A stretch of DNA of 64,000 bases from Pseudomonadota bacterium. GTDB lineage: Bacteria; Pseudomonadota; Alphaproteobacteria; UBA2136; UBA6156. A model generated the notes under the pieces. That model made no database searches and was not told where the DNA came from. It saw nothing but the letters and a program-made list of their open reading frames with translations. Positions 19,983-30,313 of this stretch are shown here, one piece after another. The stretch spans positions 17,790 to 81,789 of the forward strand of contig WGMN01000002.1 of assembly GCA_016125035.1 (NCBI GenBank), given 5' to 3'. A program made the position numbers and the translations under genes. Within the stretch, counting starts at the first letter, position 1, and every line of letters begins with the position of its first letter.

Positions 19983-20618
19983 TCAGGCGCGCTTCAGCGC
20001 CACACCTTGCTCTCCCACCAGGGGCACAAACACCACGTTGCCCAAAATCTCCTGCTGCAACTGGCCGTCCATGCCCTTCACCACCCGCACCAGCTGCTGC
20101 ACATTTTCCTGCGGCCCAACGGGTATCACCAACCGCCCGCCGGGGGCCAACTGGTCGGTCAACGCAGTGGGTATCTTCGGCCCGGCGGCGGTCACCACAA
20201 TCGCATCAAAGGGCGCTTGGCTCGGCCAACCCAGGGTGCCGTCGCCCACCAGCGGCGCAAAATTGGTGTACCCCATGGCCTGCAAGCGGGCCACCGCCCC
20301 GTCGCTCAACGCTTTGCGCCGTTCAATTGAAAATACGCGCCGCGCCAACCGGCATAAAATTGCCGTCTGGTAGCCGCAACCTGTGCCTATCTCCAGCACT
20401 TTCTCCTTGCCGGTCAATTGCAGGGCTTCGGTCATGCGCGCCACCACCGTGGGCATCGAAATGGTCTGCTGCTCGCCAATCGGCAGGGCCCTGTCGTCAT
20501 AGGCCTCCGCCGCCAAACTGCGCGAGACAAACAACTCACGCGGTACCCGCGCCATCGCCTCCAGCACCAACGGGTCACGCACGCCATGGGCGCGCACACT
20601 GTCCAGCAGGCGCTTCAT
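19983..20618 (-). CDS. pcm: protein-L-isoaspartate O-methyltransferase
   Basis: The probable start is MKRLLDSVRAHGV (ATG 20618). An SAM-binding VLEIGTGCGYQTAIL motif is present. The track ORF extends to 20663. Confidence 0.85.
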   Translation of the reverse strand: MKRLLDSVRAHGVRDPLVLEAMARVPRELFVSRSLAAEAYDDRALPIGEQQTISMPTVVARMTEALQLTGKEKVLEIGTGCGYQTAILCRLARRVFSIERRKALSDGAVARLQAMGYTNFAPLVGDGTLGWPSQAPFDAIVVTAAGPKIPTALTDQLAPGGRLVIPVGPQENVQQLVRVVKGMDGQLQQEILGNVVFVPLVGEQGVALKRA

Positions 20619-20715
20619 GCGTGTGGCGTTGGGCTGTATGTGGCGCAAGTGCATGCCCACCACTCAACCGTTCCCACGCCCCCACGGCAAGCGCTAAACA
20701 CGCCTCTTTGGCGCT

Positions 20716-21981
20716 TTACCTCTGGGGGGTGAGTTTTTTCAGTCCGCCCATATAAGGCTGCAAAACCTCGGGGATCTCCACCGTGCCATCGGCCTGTTGG
20801 TGATTTTCCACCAGCGCAATCATCGCGCGACACACAGAAAGGGCCGTCCCGTTCAACGTATGCGCAAATTGCAACTTTCCCTGCCCATCCCGGTACTTGA
20901 TATTCAAGCGCCGTGCCTGGAAGTCAGTGCAGTTTGAGGTGCTGGTAATTTCTCCCCATGCCCCTATTCCATTCCGCGCCGGCATCCACGCCTCAAGGTC
21001 AAATTTGCGGTACGCGGCTGCTCCCAGGTCACCGGTGGCAATCTCTAATACCCGGTAGGGGATGCCAAGGTTGTCAAAAATCTCCTGTTCCAACCGACGC
21101 AACTCCATATGCACCTTCTCAGCATCCTCAGGCAGGCACACCACCACCATCTCGGTCTTAGTAAACTGGTGCACCCGGTAAATGCCGCGCGTGGCACTGC
21201 CGTGTGCACGTTCCGAGCGAAAACAATGCGAGAGTCCCGCCAGCTTTAACGGCAGTTTAGAAGTTTCCACCACCTCATCAGCCACCATGCCCACCAGCGT
21301 AATTTCCGAGGTGGCAATCAGGTTCAAGTCCGAGTCCTCAAGATGGTAAGTGTTCGATTCATTCCCCCGCGGCACAAAACCCGCCCCTTGCATCAAGCTG
21401 TCACGCGCCAGGTCGGGGGTAATCACTGGTGTGTAACCGGCCTTCATCACGTAATCCAGCGCATAACGGCTCAGCGCCAACTCCAGCAAAGCCCCCTGCC
21501 CAATGAAGTAGTAAAACCCCCCACCGGCAACCTTTGCTCCCGCAGTCAGGTTCAAAATCCCCAGGTCTTCCATCACATCAATGTGGTCCCGGGGCTTAAA
21601 GTCAAATTGGCGCATCGGCGTCTTGCCTTCAGCAATGGTCGCGCTCGCATCTTCTCCCCCCACCGGGCTGCCTTCATAGGTCAGGTTGGGGATGGTCACA
21701 TAAATGGCCTGCGCCTCTTCTTCCACCGGTTTAAGCTTGGCAGTCAGTGCACCTTCCTTTTGCTTGCACACAATCCCTTGGGCGCGCCGCTCATCAACGG
21801 TCAAACCTTTTGCCTTGGCCACGGCGTTGCCTTCGGCACGCACAGCCTCCAGCTCCTTTTGCAGCTCGCGCCGCTCATATTCCAGCTCTAAAAAACGGTC
21901 AAAATCCACCTGAACCATCCGGTTTTTCAGGTTGGTGCGGATAACCTCTTGGTTCTCCAGAATGTAGCGACGATCTAGCAT
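20716..21981 (-). CDS. serS: serine--tRNA ligase
   Basis: The 421 aa product has an N-terminal coiled-coil arm and class II motifs. Confidence 0.95.
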   Translation of the reverse strand: MLDRRYILENQEVIRTNLKNRMVQVDFDRFLELEYERRELQKELEAVRAEGNAVAKAKGLTVDERRAQGIVCKQKEGALTAKLKPVEEEAQAIYVTIPNLTYEGSPVGGEDASATIAEGKTPMRQFDFKPRDHIDVMEDLGILNLTAGAKVAGGGFYYFIGQGALLELALSRYALDYVMKAGYTPVITPDLARDSLMQGAGFVPRGNESNTYHLEDSDLNLIATSEITLVGMVADEVVETSKLPLKLAGLSHCFRSERAHGSATRGIYRVHQFTKTEMVVVCLPEDAEKVHMELRRLEQEIFDNLGIPYRVLEIATGDLGAAAYRKFDLEAWMPARNGIGAWGEITSTSNCTDFQARRLNIKYRDGQGKLQFAHTLNGTALSVCRAMIALVENHQQADGTVEIPEVLQPYMGGLKKLTPQR

Positions 21982-22002
21982 TCCCGCACCCTGCCCCAGC
22001 CC

Positions 22003-22725
22003 TTAGTCAGCGTCAAGCTTCAGCAACCGCGCGGCAATAATCGCCGCCTCATAAAGCAGGTAAAGCGGCACCGCCATGGCAATCTGGCTAAAGGGGTCGG
22101 GCGGGGTCAAAATCGCCGCCACCACCAAAATCAACACCACCACAAAACGGCGGTAACCGCGCAAGGTTGCCAACTTCACCCAGCCGGCCTTCACCAGCAG
22201 CAGCAAAAACACCGGCAGGTTAAAGGCCAGGCCAAAGGCAAACGCCATGGTAAAGAGAAAGCTCAGGTACTCGGCCAAACTCGGCTGCGCGGTCACCCCC
22301 GGCTGATCAAACCCGAAGAAGTATTTCAACGCCACCGGCACAATCACCCCATAGGCAAAAATCCCTCCCACATAAAACAGCACCGGCACCGCCGCCAGCA
22401 ACGGCCCCACCAGCAACCGCTCTTTTTTGTAAAGCCCGGGCGCCACAAAGCCCCACGCCAACCACAACATCAAGGGCAACGCAATAAACACCCCTCCCCA
22501 GGTGCTTATCTTCAGGTAAAGGAAGAACAACTCCGGCACCCCGGTATAAACCACCCGCAAGTAACTGTCCTGAACCCCCTGCAACGGCCACAACAACGCA
22601 TCCATCACCTGCGCCTTCACCATATAAAGGCCGGTGGTGGCAACCGCCACCGCCGCCAGGGCAATCATCACCCGCCGCCGCAGGTCGCGCAGATGCTCCA
22701 GCGCACCGGGGCTTAAAATCTCCAT
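22003..22725 (-). CDS. tatC: twin-arginine translocase subunit TatC
   Basis: The 240 aa product has 6 TM helices and TatC motifs. Confidence 0.9.
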   Translation of the reverse strand: MEILSPGALEHLRDLRRRVMIALAAVAVATTGLYMVKAQVMDALLWPLQGVQDSYLRVVYTGVPELFFLYLKISTWGGVFIALPLMLWLAWGFVAPGLYKKERLLVGPLLAAVPVLFYVGGIFAYGVIVPVALKYFFGFDQPGVTAQPSLAEYLSFLFTMAFAFGLAFNLPVFLLLLVKAGWVKLATLRGYRRFVVVLILVVAAILTPPDPFSQIAMAVPLYLLYEAAIIAARLLKLDAD

Positions 22726-22726
22726 G

Positions 22727-22897
22727 CTAAAACCTCTTCTCCCGCCACCCGGCCCACATGCCGCTCACAAACTGGCGCACATGCGCGGTCAGCACCCCCA
22801 GCTTGTGCATCACCGTGGGCAGCTCTTCTGGCTTCACCACCAGCACAGCCACGGCCAACACCACCAGTATTTCCCCCAGACCGATATCCGGCAGCAC
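22727..22897 (-). CDS. tatB: twin-arginine translocase subunit TatB (short, 56 codons, GTG start)
   Basis: Own translation gives (M)LPDIGLGEILVVLAVAVLVVKPEELPTVMHKLGVLTAHVRQFVSG..., matching the TatB N-terminal consensus MFDIGFSELLLV...GP..LP. The GTG start abuts the tatA stop, and the TAG stop is 2 nt before the tatC ATG. It is below the ORF-track size cut-off. Confidence 0.6.
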   Translation of the reverse strand: MLPDIGLGEILVVLAVAVLVVKPEELPTVMHKLGVLTAHVRQFVSGMWAGWREKRF

Positions 22898-23098
22898 CTA
22901 TTTGCCCTTCTTTGCCGCCTTTTTGCGCTTGGCCGCAGGCTTTTTCTTCGGCGCAGGCTCGCCGTCCATACCTTCTTTAAAGGCCTTAACCCCCTTGCCC
23001 AGATCGCCCAACACCCCCGGCAGCTTCCCGGCGCCAAAAACAATCAGCACCACCACCAATATCACCGCCAGTTCGCTAAAGCCTATCCCCATGGTCAC
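22898..23098 (-). CDS. tatA: twin-arginine translocase subunit TatA
   Basis: The product [27 protein letters not shown] has a Lys-rich tail. Confidence 0.85.
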   Translation of the reverse strand: MTMGIGFSELAVILVVVLIVFGAGKLPGVLGDLGKGVKAFKEGMDGEPAPKKKPAAKRKKAAKKGK

Positions 23099-23913
23099 AC
23101 TCCTGCTTGGTTATAACTTAAATCCGAGAAATTGATCTTCCCCGTCAACAGATAAAACGCCAACGCATAAACTTCGTAAAGGGCATCAGTGGTAATCCCC
23201 AACCCATAAACCGAGGGCAAATAGTACCGCACCCCACTGTCATAAGGGATATTCATCACCGGCATCGGTATGGCATCCACCCCGCGCGCCCTAAAGGTCG
23301 CCAACGCGCGCAGCATATGCACGTCGCTGGTCACCAGCAGCACGTTCTTGGCGCCACGCTTGGCCAAAACCGGGGCCAGCTGCAAGGCGCTTTCATAGCT
23401 GTCGGTGCTCACTTCCTCCAGCTCGGTGGGTGTCACTTCACTCCTTATATCGGCAAAGAACTGCGCCACCGCGCGCGCCTCACTGGGTGCGCGCACACCG
23501 TGCGTAAACCCGCCAGAAACAATCACCGGCACCCGCAAGCCCACCTTGCGCTGCAGCTCATAGGCCACCGCTAGGCGGTGGATACTCTCCGGCTTGGGCA
23601 TCCACCCCTGCCCTGGCCCGGCGTTCAAAATCCCGGCGGTCAGCACCACAATGGCATCCACGTTCTGGCCTTCCCCCAGCACGCGGCCTTCCACCTGATT
23701 AAACAACATCGCCTCAATGCCGCTGCCCACCGCGGGGGTGGCGGCCAGCCAGCCGAACACAAACAGCAGCAGCAACACCATGCTCGAGGCCCCTCTCCGC
23801 AGGCTGCCATAAATGCCCCGTTCACGGCCGCGCCATACCATCACCGCGGCGGTAACAATGCCCAGCAACAAAAGGCCAAAGGGCAAAAACAAGGTCATGA
23901 AGAGCGTTTTCAC
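23095..23913 (-). CDS. YdcF/ElyC-like DUF218 protein
   Basis: The 272 aa product has an N-terminal TM helix and a DUF218 core (VVLTAG...VIVSGG...[11 protein letters not shown]). Confidence 0.65.
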   Translation of the reverse strand: MKTLFMTLFLPFGLLLLGIVTAAVMVWRGRERGIYGSLRRGASSMVLLLLFVFGWLAATPAVGSGIEAMLFNQVEGRVLGEGQNVDAIVVLTAGILNAGPGQGWMPKPESIHRLAVAYELQRKVGLRVPVIVSGGFTHGVRAPSEARAVAQFFADIRSEVTPTELEEVSTDSYESALQLAPVLAKRGAKNVLLVTSDVHMLRALATFRARGVDAIPMPVMNIPYDSGVRYYLPSVYGLGITTDALYEVYALAFYLLTGKINFSDLSYNQAGV

Positions 23914-24989
23914 AGCGCCAGAGAATATCCCATCCGTTCAGGTCCGTCAGCCCAAAGCTTTTTCAGCCGCGCCCGCGCCTTGTCCAACGCCTCTGCACCT
24001 GGCGCCTCAGGCAATTTCAAAGCTTCCAGACGGGCCAACGCCCCCGCCTCCATCTGCGGCAGGTCTCCTTGTTGAAGGGCGGCAAAGCTCTCGGCATCAA
24101 ACACCGTTCCGGCCATGCCATGCTTCACCACGCTCAGGGCCGCAATCACCAGGTCGCAACCGGCGTGCAAGGCCTGCTTGGCACGCTGCACGTAGGGCCC
24201 GCCAAGCGCCTGCATGCCAATGTCATCGGCCAGCAGCACCCCGCCAAAACCCCACTCCTGCTTCATCATCTTCACCAAACGGGGGGAATACGTCGCCGGG
24301 TTCTCGGCATCCAAAGCGGCGTATTTTATATGCGCGGTCATCATAAATTCAGCCTGCCCGGCCAACGCCTTAAAGGGCAAAAAATCCTGCTCCAATTCTT
24401 CGCGCGCGGCATCCACCTGCGGCAACCCAAAGTGAGAATCCGCCGTGGCCCGGCCATGCCCGGGCGCATGCTTAATGCACCCCCAGCAACCGCCCTGGGC
24501 CACGCCGCGCAAAAAGGCCTCTCCCAGCTCGGCCACTGTTTCCGGTCGCGCGGCAAAGGCGCGCTCACCAATCACCGCATGGGTTTCCGCCAGACCTAAA
24601 TCCAGCACCGGCCCCAGCAGCAGGTTGGCCCCCACCGCGCGCAACTGTGCCGCCAGCAGCAGGGCATTCAGCATGCAACCTTCCAAGGCATGGGAAGGGT
24701 CTTTGCCGAACCACTCGCCAAACACCCGCGCCGCCGGCAATTTTCCGCCAAAGCTCAAGCGCTGCACCCGGCCACCTTCCTGGTCCACCGCCACCACCGG
24801 GGTGTAATCACCGCAGGCACTGCCCAGCTCATCCACCAGCGCCCGCACCTGGGCCTCACTTTCAATATTCCGCGCAAACAACAAAAAGCCCGCCGGGCGG
24901 CGCGCTTTTATCAGGGCCTTCTCATCAGGGCTCAGGCGCGTACCGGCCAAACCCAGCAGCAGGGGCAACAAAGCTTTCATGCGCCGCAA
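23910..24989 (-). CDS. nagZ: beta-N-acetylhexosaminidase (GH3)
   Basis: The 359 aa product has the KHAPGHGRATADSH motif of GH3 NagZ. Confidence 0.88.
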   Translation of the reverse strand: MRRMKALLPLLLGLAGTRLSPDEKALIKARRPAGFLLFARNIESEAQVRALVDELGSACGDYTPVVAVDQEGGRVQRLSFGGKLPAARVFGEWFGKDPSHALEGCMLNALLLAAQLRAVGANLLLGPVLDLGLAETHAVIGERAFAARPETVAELGEAFLRGVAQGGCWGCIKHAPGHGRATADSHFGLPQVDAAREELEQDFLPFKALAGQAEFMMTAHIKYAALDAENPATYSPRLVKMMKQEWGFGGVLLADDIGMQALGGPYVQRAKQALHAGCDLVIAALSVVKHGMAGTVFDAESFAALQQGDLPQMEAGALARLEALKLPEAPGAEALDKARARLKKLWADGPERMGYSLAL

Positions 24990-25021
24990 CTATAGCAGAG
25001 ATTCCAACCCCGTCAGCGCTT

Positions 25022-25780
25022 TTAGTGGGTGGGGAAGCACGCCTGCTTGCCCAGCTTGGCACACACCGCGGCGGCGGCCTCACGGCTGGCCACACCTATA
25101 AACTGCACGCGGTAAGCCTTGCCATCCGGCGTTGCTTCAATGTTCGGCCGCAGATCACGCAGGGCCGCATATTGCTTTTGCGCCTTGTCGGCAAAACGCT
25201 TGCCGTCAGCCGCGCTGCCCACGGCAGCCAGCTGCACACCCCAGCTGCCGCTGGCGGTTTTGGCGGCGGGTTTTTCCACCGGTTTTGCCACTGCCTGCTT
25301 TTCCACAACCGGGGCAGCTGCCACGGGTTGCGGCTGCGGCGCTGCCGCGGGCACTTCAACTTTTTTAGGTTCTTCCACCTTCACCGGCACCTCGGCTGCC
25401 ACGGCAACCGCCTGCGGGGCGGTCACACTCACCTCCGCCACAGTGGCCGAGGTCTCATCCCCTTCCCCGGCAGCGGGCTCAGCGGTGTCATCGTCTGCGG
25501 CATCCGCCATCATCGCCATCTGGCCACTGTCACCACTCACGGTGGAATTACTGTCCAACAAGTCAAACACCAACTTGTCGCGGTTGGGTATCTCCATCCC
25601 GCCGGGCTGGTCGGGGCGGCGTTTCAACGCCTCATCCTGGGCAGAGATCAGCGGTGGTTCAATCTGCGCATTGCGTATTTCATCACGCTTCACAAACGCG
25701 TAGATAGCCATCGCCAAAAACCCGCAACCGACCACGGCCACTAAGGTAAACTTCATCCATTTCACTAAAAAGGTGCTCAT
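25022..25780 (-). CDS. SPOR domain protein (DedD-like, single N-terminal TM)
   Basis: The internal start MSTFLVKWMKFTLVAVVGCGFLAMAIYAF is followed by an acidic/Pro-rich linker and a C-terminal SPOR domain (GSWGVQLAAVGS...YRVQFIGVASREAAAAVCAKL). Confidence 0.7.
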   Translation of the reverse strand: MSTFLVKWMKFTLVAVVGCGFLAMAIYAFVKRDEIRNAQIEPPLISAQDEALKRRPDQPGGMEIPNRDKLVFDLLDSNSTVSGDSGQMAMMADAADDDTAEPAAGEGDETSATVAEVSVTAPQAVAVAAEVPVKVEEPKKVEVPAAAPQPQPVAAAPVVEKQAVAKPVEKPAAKTASGSWGVQLAAVGSAADGKRFADKAQKQYAALRDLRPNIEATPDGKAYRVQFIGVASREAAAAVCAKLGKQACFPTH

Positions 25781-25842
25781 AAGCCGCAATCTGCCACGCC
25801 CAACCCGAAAGGGGTATCCTGAATACAACCTGCTTAAAAAAT

Positions 25843-27582
25843 CTACATACTCTCTGGTGCAGCAACGCCACACACCGCCAGCACATTGGCCAGCACACCG
25901 CGCGCGGCGCGGGCCACTGCCAGCCTGGTGCGGGTCCCGGCCACATCCGCCGCATCCAGCCATTTTTCCGCACCGTACCAACGGTGCACGGCGGCGGCCA
26001 GCTCCATGGCAAAAAAGGCCAACCGGTGCGGCTCCAGGCTTTGCACCGCCTGCTCAACCACCCCGGGGCAGAGCATCACCTGCCGCAACACCGCGCGGGC
26101 TTCCGGCCCCACCTTGCCGTCATCCAGCGCCGCTCCTGCGCCACCATCCACCCCAAGCTCTGCCCATTGGCGCTCCACGCTGCACAGCCGCGCATGGGCG
26201 TACTGCACGTAAAACACCGGGTTATCCATGCTCTTTTCCACCGCCTTGGCCAGGTCAAAGGTCAGGGGCGTGGTGGGCTTCACCGTCAGCATGGTAAAGC
26301 GGAAGGCATCCACCCCCACCTCATCCAGCACATCTGTCAGCAGCACAATATTGCCCGCGCGCTTGCTCAACTTCACCGGCTGGCCATCGCGCAGCACTTT
26401 CACATTCTCATAGGCCACGGGGTGGTAAATGTCGGCCCGCCCGGTCAACACTTCAATCGCCTTGGCCAGCGGCTTAAAGGCCCCGGCCTGGTCGGCGCCG
26501 ATCACCGTCACCAGCAGGTCGTAACCACGCTTCAACTTGTCGTAATGGTAAGCAATATCCTGGCCAAAGTAGGTCGGCACCCCGGCACGGTTGTAAATCG
26601 CCTGGTCTTCCGGCAGCCCCAACTCACTGGCCTTGAAGAGCGTCAGCTCCACCGGCACATAACCTGCCGCCACCTTGCCGTCCTTGCCCTTGGGCGGCGG
26701 CAGGGTGCCTTCATGCACAAAGCCCTTGTCGCGCAGCATTTGCACCACGTCCTTCATCGCGCCGGTCTGGTGCATCTCATATTCACTAAAGTAACGGTCA
26801 AAGTGGATACCCAACGTCACAATATCGGCCTTGATCATCGCCAGGCAGCTGTCCACGGCAAACTGCCGCAACCCGCGCATCAACTCTTCCTCGTCATGCA
26901 CCTTCAGCCATTTGTCACCGTCTTGCGCCTTCAGCTTGTGCGCAATCTCCACCAGGTATTCTCCGGGGTAACCGTCCGCAGGCACCTCCACCTGCTCGCC
27001 AAACAACTGGCGGTAACGTGCCGCCAGGCTCTTCACCAACACCCGTATCTGCCCGCCGGCGTCGTTCACCAGATACTCCCGCCATACCTCAAACCCACCC
27101 TTTTCCAGCAGGCTGGCGATCACATCGCCAAACACCGCATTGCGCCCGTGCCCAACGTGGATAGGCCCGGTCGGGTTAATGCTCACATATTCCACCAGCG
27201 CCTTGCGCCCGCCAGATACATCCACCCGGCCATAATCCCCGCCAGCCTCCACCGCCGCCCGCGCCTGCGCCAGCAAGCTCCCGGTCTTAAGCCTAAAGTT
27301 GATAAACCCCGGCCCGGCCACCTCCACCGCATCCACCGCTTCGTACTTTTGCAACTCCGGCACCAGCAGGTCGGCCAGCGCGCGCGGCGCCATCCCCATT
27401 TTCTTGGCCAGCACCATCGCCGCGTTGGTGGCCAGGTCGCCGTGGGCCTCCTCGCGCGGGGCTTCCACCACCAGCGCGCCAAGGTCGGCCGCTGTTATGC
27501 CCTTATCCGCAGCGATCCGCAGCACCGCGGCCCTTACATGGGCCCTGAAATCAAAGAACAAATTCTCCACCGCCCCCATCAC
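25843..27582 (-). CDS. argS: arginine--tRNA ligase
   Basis: The 579 aa product has a class I HIGH-type motif (PTGPIHVGHGRN) and a DALR anticodon-binding domain. Confidence 0.95.
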   Translation of the reverse strand: MMGAVENLFFDFRAHVRAAVLRIAADKGITAADLGALVVEAPREEAHGDLATNAAMVLAKKMGMAPRALADLLVPELQKYEAVDAVEVAGPGFINFRLKTGSLLAQARAAVEAGGDYGRVDVSGGRKALVEYVSINPTGPIHVGHGRNAVFGDVIASLLEKGGFEVWREYLVNDAGGQIRVLVKSLAARYRQLFGEQVEVPADGYPGEYLVEIAHKLKAQDGDKWLKVHDEEELMRGLRQFAVDSCLAMIKADIVTLGIHFDRYFSEYEMHQTGAMKDVVQMLRDKGFVHEGTLPPPKGKDGKVAAGYVPVELTLFKASELGLPEDQAIYNRAGVPTYFGQDIAYHYDKLKRGYDLLVTVIGADQAGAFKPLAKAIEVLTGRADIYHPVAYENVKVLRDGQPVKLSKRAGNIVLLTDVLDEVGVDAFRFTMLTVKPTTPLTFDLAKAVEKSMDNPVFYVQYAHARLCSVERQWAELGVDGGAGAALDDGKVGPEARAVLRQVMLCPGVVEQAVQSLEPHRLAFFAMELAAAVHRWYGAEKWLDAADVAGTRTRLAVARAARGVLANVLAVCGVAAPESM

Positions 27583-30218
27583 TTGCCCAACATGGCTTCA
27601 AGTTTGCCCACGTTTTCAGCCAGTTCAGCCATACGCGCACGGTTGGTCTCCAACACTTCGGCGGGCGCCCGCGCGGCAAAGTTCGGGTTGCCCAGCAAGC
27701 CGTTGATCTTCTCCATCTCCTGGCGTTGTTTGTCCAACTCCCGTTGCAGCCTGCCGCGTTCCGCAGCCATGTCCACCAACCCTTCCAGCGGCAGAATGTA
27801 CTCTCCCCCCTCCACCACCGCCACCGCCTCGCCCACACCTGCAGGCGCCTCGCGGGTGGCCAGCTCGCTCACCCCCGCCACCGCCCGCAGCAAGGTAATT
27901 TCCCCTTGCAGATCAGCCAGTACATCCCCCGCCACGCCGCGCGCAAACACCTTCAGCTCGGCCTTCGGGCTCAACTTATTCATCGTCCGCGCCTGGCGTA
28001 TCGCGCCCACCACGGCCACCAAACGGTCCACCTTGCGCTTGGCCTCGGCATCCACCGGCCACGCCGCATAATGCGGCCACGCCCGCAGCATCAAAAACTG
28101 CCGCTGCTCAGCCACCACATGGTGCTGCCATAACTCCTCGGTAATAAAGGGAATAAACGGGTGCAACACACGCAGCAGCTTCTCAAATCCCCAACCGGCC
28201 ACCGCCTTGGTCTCGGCCTTCACCGCATTGTCGGCGCCCTCACCCAGCAAGGGCTTGGTCAACTCCAGATACCAGTCACACCAGGTGCCCCAGGTAAACT
28301 GGTAAACCAGCTGCGCCGCCTGGTTGAATTCATAAGCATCCAGGTGCCTATCCACCTGTTCGCACAAAGCTTTCAGCTCACCCAGCACCCAGCGGTTCAC
28401 CACGTGCTTCACCGCCATTGGGTCAAACGCTTTTTCATCCTCCATGCGGTGGCGGATGTCCTGCATCCCCATAAACCGCGCGGCATTCCAAAGCTTGGTG
28501 CAGAAGTTACGGCTCTGTTCCACCTTGCTGATGCCAAAACGCATATCTTCACTGCTGGAAATCGTCGCCATCGTCAGCCGCAAAGCATCACTGCCGAATT
28601 GTTCAATCAGCTCCATCGGGTCAACCACGTTGCCCTTGCTTTTGCTCATCTTCTGGCCGTGTTCATCCAAGATCAAGCCGTGGGTAAAAATCGCACCAAA
28701 GGGCGCCTTCCCCGTCAATTCAAGCCCCATCATCATCATGCGGATATCCCAAAAGAACAAAATATCCCGCCCATTCATAATCACCTTGCCGGGGTAGAAC
28801 GCCCCCAACCGCTCACCGCCATTCGGCCAGCCCTGGGTCACAAAAGGCCACAAGGCGCTTGAAAACCAGGTGTCGAGAATATCCTCATCCTGCACCCAGC
28901 CCTCACCCTTGGGCGCCTGCTCACCCACGTAAATCTCATCGCCCTTGTACCAGGCCGGTATGCGGTGCCCCCACCACAACTGGCGGCTAATGCACCAATC
29001 CTGGATGTTCTCCAGCCAATGCCGATAAACCTTCTCATCCCGCGCATTCACAAAGGTCACGTCGCCTTTGTCCGCGGCTTCCAGGCACTTCCTGGCCAGG
29101 GGCTCGCCCTTCACGTACCACTGGTAGGTCAGGTACGGCTCCAAAATGGTGTCATCACGCTCGGCATGCCCCACGTTATGCACATGGTCTTCAACCTTCA
29201 TCAGCTGGCCCAGGCCGTCCAGGTCGGCCACGATCTTCTTCCGCGCCGCAAAACGGTCCATGCCCACATACTCTTTCGGGCAGTTCTCGTTCATCTTGCC
29301 ATCCGGCGTCAGCAGGTTGATGAGCGGAATATCATGCTCCCCCTTATGCCGCTGATAAAACCCGAAGTCGTTAAAGTCATGCGCGGCGGTGATCTTCACC
29401 AACCCGCTGCCAAACTCCGGGTCCACCATCTCATCCGCGATAATCTCAATCCTCCGCCCGATCACCGGCACCAGCACATGCTTGCCCACCAAATCCTTGG
29501 CACGCTTATCTTCGGGGTGGATCGCCAACGCCCCATCCGCCAAAATCGTCTCCGGCCGGGTGGTGGCAATCTCCACGCCGTCTTGCCCTTTGTATTTAAA
29601 GCCGTCTGCAAATTTGTAGCGCACATGCCAAAGGTGCCCGTTCACCTCCTTGTGTTTCACTTCAAGGTCGCTCACCGCGGTCTGCATCTTGGGGTCCCAG
29701 TTCACCAGCCGCTGCCCGCGATAAATCAATCCGCGTTCATGCAAATCCACAAAAACCTTATTCACCGCCGCACTATAAGCCATGTCCATGGTAAAGCGCT
29801 CATTGCCCCAATCACAGCTGATGCCCAACCTGCGCAGCTGGCTGGTAATCACGCCCGCCGAGTGGTCTTTCCACTCCCACGCCTTTTCCATAAATTTTTC
29901 GCGGCCAAAATCAAAGCGCGTCTTGCCTTCCTTAGCCCATTGGCGTTCAAGCACCACGTGCACCGCAATGCTGGCGTGGTCGGTACCGGGCTGGTAAAGG
30001 GCGGCCTTGCCCTGCATGCGCGCGCGGCGCACCAGAATATCCGGCAGGGTGTTGTCCAGCGCATGGCCCAGGTGCAACGTCCCCGTCACATTCGGCGGCG
30101 GCATCATCACCGCAAACGCATCGCGCCCATCCAGGGGGGGGGTAAAACAGCCATTTTTCTCCCAGGTCTCACCCAGGCGCGGTTCAATGGCGGCAAAGTC
30201 GTAACGGGTCTCTAACAT
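27579..30218 (-). CDS. valS: valine--tRNA ligase
   Basis: The 879 aa product contains PPPNVTGTLHLGHA and KMSKSKGN motifs and a C-terminal coiled coil. Confidence 0.95.
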   Translation of the reverse strand: MLETRYDFAAIEPRLGETWEKNGCFTPPLDGRDAFAVMMPPPNVTGTLHLGHALDNTLPDILVRRARMQGKAALYQPGTDHASIAVHVVLERQWAKEGKTRFDFGREKFMEKAWEWKDHSAGVITSQLRRLGISCDWGNERFTMDMAYSAAVNKVFVDLHERGLIYRGQRLVNWDPKMQTAVSDLEVKHKEVNGHLWHVRYKFADGFKYKGQDGVEIATTRPETILADGALAIHPEDKRAKDLVGKHVLVPVIGRRIEIIADEMVDPEFGSGLVKITAAHDFNDFGFYQRHKGEHDIPLINLLTPDGKMNENCPKEYVGMDRFAARKKIVADLDGLGQLMKVEDHVHNVGHAERDDTILEPYLTYQWYVKGEPLARKCLEAADKGDVTFVNARDEKVYRHWLENIQDWCISRQLWWGHRIPAWYKGDEIYVGEQAPKGEGWVQDEDILDTWFSSALWPFVTQGWPNGGERLGAFYPGKVIMNGRDILFFWDIRMMMMGLELTGKAPFGAIFTHGLILDEHGQKMSKSKGNVVDPMELIEQFGSDALRLTMATISSSEDMRFGISKVEQSRNFCTKLWNAARFMGMQDIRHRMEDEKAFDPMAVKHVVNRWVLGELKALCEQVDRHLDAYEFNQAAQLVYQFTWGTWCDWYLELTKPLLGEGADNAVKAETKAVAGWGFEKLLRVLHPFIPFITEELWQHHVVAEQRQFLMLRAWPHYAAWPVDAEAKRKVDRLVAVVGAIRQARTMNKLSPKAELKVFARGVAGDVLADLQGEITLLRAVAGVSELATREAPAGVGEAVAVVEGGEYILPLEGLVDMAAERGRLQRELDKQRQEMEKINGLLGNPNFAARAPAEVLETNRARMAELAENVGKLEAMLGK

Positions 30219-30313
30219 GCGGGGCTCCTTAAAAGCGCGTCAAACAGGGCCAAATTAGCCGATTTCACGCCACAAACGCAAGTATTTTAGAGCTAAGCCC
30301 CTATAATTTTGGG

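Noticed and set aside
22727-23098. tatA and tatB as a single gene interrupted by a sequencing-error stop.
   Set aside because: The downstream segment begins with its own TatB-like N-terminal motif (LPDIGLGEIL) rather than continuing a TatA tail. Two separate genes are more parsimonious. This is retained as a finding to be checked.
30134-30142. G9 homopolymer in valS as a phase-variation tract. Comparable G8 runs occur at about 6383 and 54525.
   Set aside because: It encodes the conserved PPP of the class I HIGH region (MMPPPNVTG). In this GC-rich genome it reflects codon usage rather than a contingency locus.
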